From Methanotrichaceae archaeon (lineage in GTDB: Archaea; Halobacteriota; Methanosarcinia; Methanotrichales; Methanotrichaceae), in contig CAVVKN010000006.1 in NCBI GenBank assembly GCA_963748825.1, positions 124,149 through 188,148 of the forward strand: 64,000 bases of DNA, read 5' to 3'. This document shows, in pieces, positions 59,097-64,000 of the stretch; the stretch's first letter is position 1, and every line of letters begins with the position of its first letter. A program made the translations under genes and the position numbers. The notes under the pieces were generated by a model. That model worked only from the letters and a program-made list of their open reading frames with translations. It did not search any database and was not told the origin of the DNA.

Positions 59097-59273
59097 TTAT
59101 CCATGGGTGGCCAGGAAAAAGGCCATATCCTGGGAGTCGATACGCTGGTCTTCGAAGGACGAAATGAGATTCTTCAATTCGGATAAATCGTCAGTATCCG
59201 CTGAATTATTGTAGAGCGAGACAACTATTACGCAAACCGTAATTATAGTTATCCGATATTTCTCCCATCCCAT
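59097..59273 (-). pseudogene. Truncated secreted hypothetical protein
   Basis: Hydrophobic N-terminus then DLSELKNLISSFEDQRIDSQDMAFFLATHG followed by a stop; appears cut short. Confidence 0.35.
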
Positions 59274-59483
59274 ATAAGGAGCTTTCAACCTTATCGATAT
59301 TATAGACGATTATGGCAAATCGAGGACTAATATATTAGACAGATCTTGCCAACACAATTGTCCTCTACATAGATACGGATTAGTGATCACCATCACGCAG
59401 CCAAACCACATTCCTGCCTCAGAGGAATTCTTGCATTCTTGCGAATAGTCAATGGAAATTTATCGTCAAGATGTCTTCATAGC

Positions 59484-60170
59484 TCATAATCTGTATTTCG
59501 GAGTCCTCATCATCGCCTGCCCATAGGCTAATCCAACTAATAGCCCCACGATATGGGCCATATGGGCTATGTTGTCCGCCGAACCTAAGGTCAGGAAATC
59601 AATCAGAGCGAATAGCACGACTGCACCACGAATGCTCACCGGTATTACGAAGAAGAGCAGTATGCGAATCTCGGGTGCAATTATAGCTAGACAGCCCATC
59701 ACACCAAAGAGAGCTCCGCTCGCTCCTACCATGGAGCCGCTGGATATCATCATCTGGCCCAGTGCCGCCACCATCCCGGAGAGAATGTAAATCTGCAGGA
59801 ATTTCTTCTCTCCCACGCGCCTTTCCAGCTCCATGCCAAAGAAGAAGAGAAAGAGCATATTCCAGAAGAGGTGGTTAAAGTCGGCATGCACGAACATATG
59901 CGTTATGAGCGTCCAGGGCCTTTGCATTACATAGTCTGGATTTAAAGCCAGATAATTGTATACGAAGGCAGGAAAAATGATGCTGATGAAGAATACGACT
60001 ATGCATGCTAATAATATAAGACCCGAATAGCTTACGGGCAGCCCGGAAGGTATGAGTCCCCGCCAGCCATTGACTGGAATTTGCGGCTCCCCCCATTCAT
60101 CCCTGCGTCTAAAGTCCTCCCTTCGACCCGTCATGGCCTGAAATGGTTTCAATTTAACTCCCTTCATAAT
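59484..60170 (-). CDS. Rhomboid-family intramembrane serine protease
   Basis: PWTLITHMFVH..HLFWNM, GASG catalytic Ser, AHMAH catalytic His. Confidence 0.93.
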   Translation of the reverse strand: MMKGVKLKPFQAMTGRREDFRRRDEWGEPQIPVNGWRGLIPSGLPVSYSGLILLACIVVFFISIIFPAFVYNYLALNPDYVMQRPWTLITHMFVHADFNHLFWNMLFLFFFGMELERRVGEKKFLQIYILSGMVAALGQMMISSGSMVGASGALFGVMGCLAIIAPEIRILLFFVIPVSIRGAVVLFALIDFLTLGSADNIAHMAHIVGLLVGLAYGQAMMRTPKYRL

Positions 60171-60664
60171 CATTCCGGTACATACTGGCCGTTACGAAGG
60201 ACTATGACATAATCGGCGGAGTTGCGCAGGGCCACTGAGAAGCCAGGCTCCGCTCCGAAGATGATGGTCTCCTTGCCGTGTTCCATAGCTTTCATGAGCA
60301 CCGGTTTTAAATCGGCATCGCGGGTGACGAGCGCCAGAGTGTCGATGACGGGATTATAGATCATATCCACACCCTCTACGGCCATTCTCACATCCACATC
60401 GCTGGTGCAGATTACCGGCTCAAAGCCCTGATTTTCCACCGCTTCGACCAGCTTCTCCGAAGCGTACTGATTTAAGAAAACCTTACCCATTTTGATATCG
60501 CCGTAATCTTTGAGGATGTCCCGGATCTCCTCCAGATCCATCTGGAACTCCTTTCTGAGCATATTGGGCCCATCCACGAGCAGCCCGATCTTCTTTCTCC
60601 CCTTCTCCTTCTTGGAGCCCAGGTAACTCATGATATGCTCGAACTGTATTGGTATCCGATTCAT
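60170..60664 (-). CDS. NYN-domain protein (TIGR00288 family)
   Basis: LVDGPNMLRKEF, DVDVRMAVE, TRDAD. Confidence 0.92.
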   Translation of the reverse strand: MNRIPIQFEHIMSYLGSKKEKGRKKIGLLVDGPNMLRKEFQMDLEEIRDILKDYGDIKMGKVFLNQYASEKLVEAVENQGFEPVICTSDVDVRMAVEGVDMIYNPVIDTLALVTRDADLKPVLMKAMEHGKETIIFGAEPGFSVALRNSADYVIVLRNGQYVPE

Positions 60665-60709
60665 GTTGACCCTTTCTTGATAGATTTGGATTTCTTATTT
60701 AATGGCATT

Positions 60710-61525
60710 TCATCGGATGTTATAAATCCGTTTGGTATTATCTGCAGTTATCCGGGCGATCTCTTGCGGCTCTATGCCTCTGATCCTGGCAATGAGCCGG
60801 ACAGAGTCCAGAACAAAAGAGGGTTCATTTCTGCCTTTTCGGGGCGAAAGGAAGGGGCTGTCGGTCTCCACCAGCAGCCGATCCAGTGATACATTTTTAG
60901 CCAGGATCTGATGATGCCCGGATCGACAGAGATTGGTAGCTAGAGAGATGTAAAATCCCCTGTCAATGGCCTCTTTCATAGTTCCGATTGAGCCGCTGTA
61001 GCAGTGAAACACAACCTTGTCCAGGTGCTTTACCTTTTCCAGAGCAGGCTGCTCAGCATCGCGGGAATGAATGACTAAAGGCAAATCGAGGGACCTGGCC
61101 AGCTCTATGACCCTGCTAAAGACCTTTGCCTGGCGCTCCCTGGTTGGAGCATCTTTGCAGTGATAGTAGTCCAGCCCCGCCTCGCCTATGCCTACGGCCT
61201 GGCCGGCATTGTTTTCTATCTGCTTAAATAGCATCTCGAGTTCCGGCTCTTTTATGCTCTGCAAAGTATTGGGGGAAAGCCCCAGGGTGGCGGAGATGAA
61301 ATCGTACTTCTTGGCCAGCTCCAGGGACTTAGCATTGGTAGAATAGTCCACACCTGAGTTGATCATGTGGACCACGCCTGATTTTCGGGCACAGTCCAAT
61401 ACGGCTTCGCGATCTGCGTTAAACTGCTTGAAGTCAAGGTGGCAATGCGAATCGATTACCCCTTGCAAAGGAACATTTATCGATGAGATTCCTCCAGAAT
61501 CATATTTTTCGGGAAATGGTATCAT
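60710..61525 (-). CDS. tatD: TatD-family DNase
   Basis: IDSHCHLD, IGEAGLDY, IHSR, FHCY, LVETDSP; start uncertain. Confidence 0.93.
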   Translation of the reverse strand: MIPFPEKYDSGGISSINVPLQGVIDSHCHLDFKQFNADREAVLDCARKSGVVHMINSGVDYSTNAKSLELAKKYDFISATLGLSPNTLQSIKEPELEMLFKQIENNAGQAVGIGEAGLDYYHCKDAPTRERQAKVFSRVIELARSLDLPLVIHSRDAEQPALEKVKHLDKVVFHCYSGSIGTMKEAIDRGFYISLATNLCRSGHHQILAKNVSLDRLLVETDSPFLSPRKGRNEPSFVLDSVRLIARIRGIEPQEIARITADNTKRIYNIR

Positions 61526-61711
61526 TTGGCGTTATCATTTCTGCTTCAATTCCCATTTTAGTCTCGATGGTATTATCTTTTTTGGTGTGGCCTAAGAAAA
61601 GAAAACCGGTTCGTAGCCCTAGTTATGTTTATTTCGGTGTACCCAAGGAGGCATCGGGCATGATTGTACTTTCCGGGAGGATTAGAAAAAATTTTGTAGA
61701 AGGCTTGGAAT

Positions 61712-63268
61712 TCAAGCCTTCTTCTGTCCAGTTCCGGAATTCAGGAGCATCAACCGATTAATGGCGCTGACCAGGGCTTCCACTGAGGCCATAACTATGT
61801 CCTCGCGAGCTGATTTGGCACTGACCCTGCGCCCACGGTCGTCCTCCACTCCAATCACAACTTCGGCCAAAGCATCGGCCCCGCCAGATATGGCTTCAAT
61901 TCTAAAGTCGCAGATGCGAATGGATGTGTCGCTGTCCAGGAGACCCTGCACGGCATTTACGGCTGCATCTACCGGCCCTACGCCGATATGGGCGAGGACC
62001 CTCTCTTTGCCTCGCACCAGGGCCCTTACGGTTGCTGTGGGCGTGATGATGTTGCCGGTCATGACCGAGACCTCCCTGAGCACTACGGCCTGGCTGCCTC
62101 TGGCCACCTCTCCGATTACCACGTCGGCAATAGTCTGAAGATCGATATTAGCGATCTGCTTTCCTTTGTCGCCCAGCTCCTTGATCCTCTCCAGGATCTC
62201 CTGGAGCTGCTCCTCTGTGGGCTGGTAGCCTGCTTCCTCCAGCACTTTGGCCACTGCATGCCGTCCCGTGTGCTTGCCAAGGACGATGCGCCTCTTGTGG
62301 CCCACCATCTCCGGGGTCATGATGCCGGGCTCAAAGGTCTTGCTGTCCTCGATAACTCCGTGGCTGTGAATGCCACTCTCATGGGAGAAGGCGTTCTCGC
62401 CCACAATTGGTGCTGTTATGGGAATCTTAACCTCGGTAAGCCGCTCTACCATGCGGGCCGTCTCCACCAGGTATTCCGTCTTTATGCTGGTGCGAGCGCC
62501 ATGAATGGCGTGCAGGCTCATCACCGTCTCGGCCAGGTTGGCGTTGCCGGCCCTCTCGCCCAGGCCGTTTACGCAGACCTGCACCTCTCGGGCCCCCGCC
62601 TCCACTGCCGCCAGGCTGTTGGCCACAGCCAGGCCGAAGTCGTTGTGGCAGTGCACATCCACGATCATATTGACATCATCGCAGATATCCTTGACAAAAC
62701 GGTAGAAGGCAGAAGGAGCTGCTACTCCTACCGTGTCCGGAATGTTGATGATATCGCAGTGCACCTCTTCCACCGCCTTGAAGATGCGATGCAAAAACTG
62801 CGGCGAAGTGCGGGTGGCATCCATAGCTGAGAAGAGACATGTTCTGCCATTGTCCTTGACAAACTGTACTGCCTCCATAGCTCCGGCCACGATCTCGTCA
62901 TGGCTCTTCTTAATAGTATGAGCTATCTGGATGTCGGAGGTGGGAACGAAGACATGCACCATGCCCACATCGGCATCAAGGCAAGCCTGGACATCCTTTT
63001 TCACAATGCGAGAGAGGCCGCAGACCTGGGCCCGGAGGCCCTCTCCGGCGATCTGCCGGACGCTGTCAAACTCTCCCTTGGAGGATACGGGAAATCCAGC
63101 CTCGATAACATTCACACCGAGTTTATCAAGCTGCCTGGCGATCTTGAGCTTTTCGTCCTGGGTAAGAGATACGCCCGGAGTCTGCTCGCCATCCCTAAGA
63201 GTGGTGTCAAAAATGCGGACTTTTTCATCAACAAGCGAATGAACGTCGTAGAAGACGATTCCCCACAG
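61712..63268 (-). CDS. leuA: 2-isopropylmalate synthase (LeuA/CimA family); start codon non-canonical or frameshifted
   Basis: In-frame [16 protein letters not shown] upstream of the ORF-track GTG; [23 protein letters not shown]-terminal regulatory domain. LeuA versus CimA is not certain. Confidence 0.8.
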   Translation of the reverse strand: MWGIVFYDVHSLVDEKVRIFDTTLRDGEQTPGVSLTQDEKLKIARQLDKLGVNVIEAGFPVSSKGEFDSVRQIAGEGLRAQVCGLSRIVKKDVQACLDADVGMVHVFVPTSDIQIAHTIKKSHDEIVAGAMEAVQFVKDNGRTCLFSAMDATRTSPQFLHRIFKAVEEVHCDIINIPDTVGVAAPSAFYRFVKDICDDVNMIVDVHCHNDFGLAVANSLAAVEAGAREVQVCVNGLGERAGNANLAETVMSLHAIHGARTSIKTEYLVETARMVERLTEVKIPITAPIVGENAFSHESGIHSHGVIEDSKTFEPGIMTPEMVGHKRRIVLGKHTGRHAVAKVLEEAGYQPTEEQLQEILERIKELGDKGKQIANIDLQTIADVVIGEVARGSQAVVLREVSVMTGNIITPTATVRALVRGKERVLAHIGVGPVDAAVNAVQGLLDSDTSIRICDFRIEAISGGADALAEVVIGVEDDRGRRVSAKSAREDIVMASVEALVSAINRLMLLNSGTGQKKA

Positions 63269-63367
63269 AGATTTCGTGTGTCATAGGGTAAGCATAGCAT
63301 GCATAGCTATAAAACTTTGCCGCCCCGATCAAAAAAAGCTTATTCATATAAATGAAGGTTCCAAGCT

Positions 63368-63865
63368 ATGTCCAACACAGAGAAGTTTTTAAAAGAGGCA
63401 TTCGCCGGCGAGTCGCAGGCCAATCGCAAGTACAGTGCTTTTGCAACCAAGGCGGATAAAGAAGGATTTGCCCAGGCGGCCAAGCTCTTTCGGGCTGCGG
63501 CAGCAGCAGAAGAGGTTCATGCCGTAAATCATCTGCGAGTCTTAAAGGGCATCAAGTCCACCAAAGAGAACCTGCAGGCCGCCATATCCGGAGAGGATGA
63601 GGAATGGGAAGCGATGTATCCGGAGATGATTGAGACTGCCAAGGCAGAAGGCAATAAGGCGGCGGAGACATCATTCCACTATGCTAATGAGGTGGAGAAG
63701 ATTCATTCCAAGCTCTACAGGAAGCTCTTGGACAACCTGAGCCCCAGCCAGGAGACCTTCCCCTACTACGTCTGCCCCTACTGCGGCAATACCGTGGAGC
63801 GAGAAGCTCCCGGTGTCTGTCCCGTCTGCGGATGTGAAGGGAAGCTCTTCATGAGGGTGGATTAA
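63368..63865 (+). CDS. rbr: Rubrerythrin
   Basis: AFAGESQA, EEVHA, GEDEE...MYP, EKIH, CPYCG...CPVCG. Confidence 0.95.
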   Translation: MSNTEKFLKEAFAGESQANRKYSAFATKADKEGFAQAAKLFRAAAAAEEVHAVNHLRVLKGIKSTKENLQAAISGEDEEWEAMYPEMIETAKAEGNKAAETSFHYANEVEKIHSKLYRKLLDNLSPSQETFPYYVCPYCGNTVEREAPGVCPVCGCEGKLFMRVD

Positions 63866-63949
63866 TCTTCTATTTTTGAGAGGGTACGGATAGGCCAGTC
63901 TCCTCTCGCCTTATAATTTTATAAGCTTTGAGGCACATAAGATATTATC

Positions 63950-64000
63950 ATGAGCAATGATTTGCACAATCCTCGTCTTGAAAGCCCGATGAATGATGTA
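63950..64000 (+). CDS. Possible CDS start, runs off the window
   Basis: ATG AGC AAT GAT... open to the end; TATA-like TTTTATAA at about 63917. Confidence 0.35.
   Translation, partial: MSNDLHNPRLESPMNDV

Overview
Archaeal methanogen chromosome, most likely Methanothrix (Methanosaeta). This is inferred from gene content: an fpoB-CD-H-I-J1-J2-K-L-M-N operon ending without fpoO, methanogenesis markers MtxX and marker 2, archaeal TyrS and FmdE. Core blocks are the fpo operon (1-9.7 kb), mtxX/marker 2/GGR, tyrS, a peptide/nickel ABC operon with tsaA and fmdE, and herA, rhomboid, NYN, tatD, leuA and rubrerythrin. These alternate with accessory patches of toxin-antitoxin genes, pseudogenes and dispersed GC-rich repeats. 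Five observations stand out. (1) Downstream of tyrS, defence/TA modules (DUF488 pair, two HicBA, VapBC, MNT) are separated by co-oriented copies of a palindrome-containing GC-rich element, two of them preceded by decayed hsdM-like 3' ends; a fifth diverged copy precedes another VapBC at 9.8 kb. (2) A bacterial-type partner-switching module (CHASE4-HAMP-PAS-PAS-PP2C-RsbW-like fusion plus two STAS proteins) occurs in an organism without sigma factors, divergent from an MBL hydrolase with a degenerate HATPase tail. (3) A solitary CRISPR repeat abuts a 5'-truncated csa3 and is followed by a sequence antisense to the neighbouring mtxX. (4) A repeat-flanked cassette encodes a PPC-PPC-caspase/gingipain-fold protease plus a small partner. 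(5) leuA has no canonical in-frame start codon upstream of its catalytic motif. All calls come from reading motifs by eye; no searches were run.
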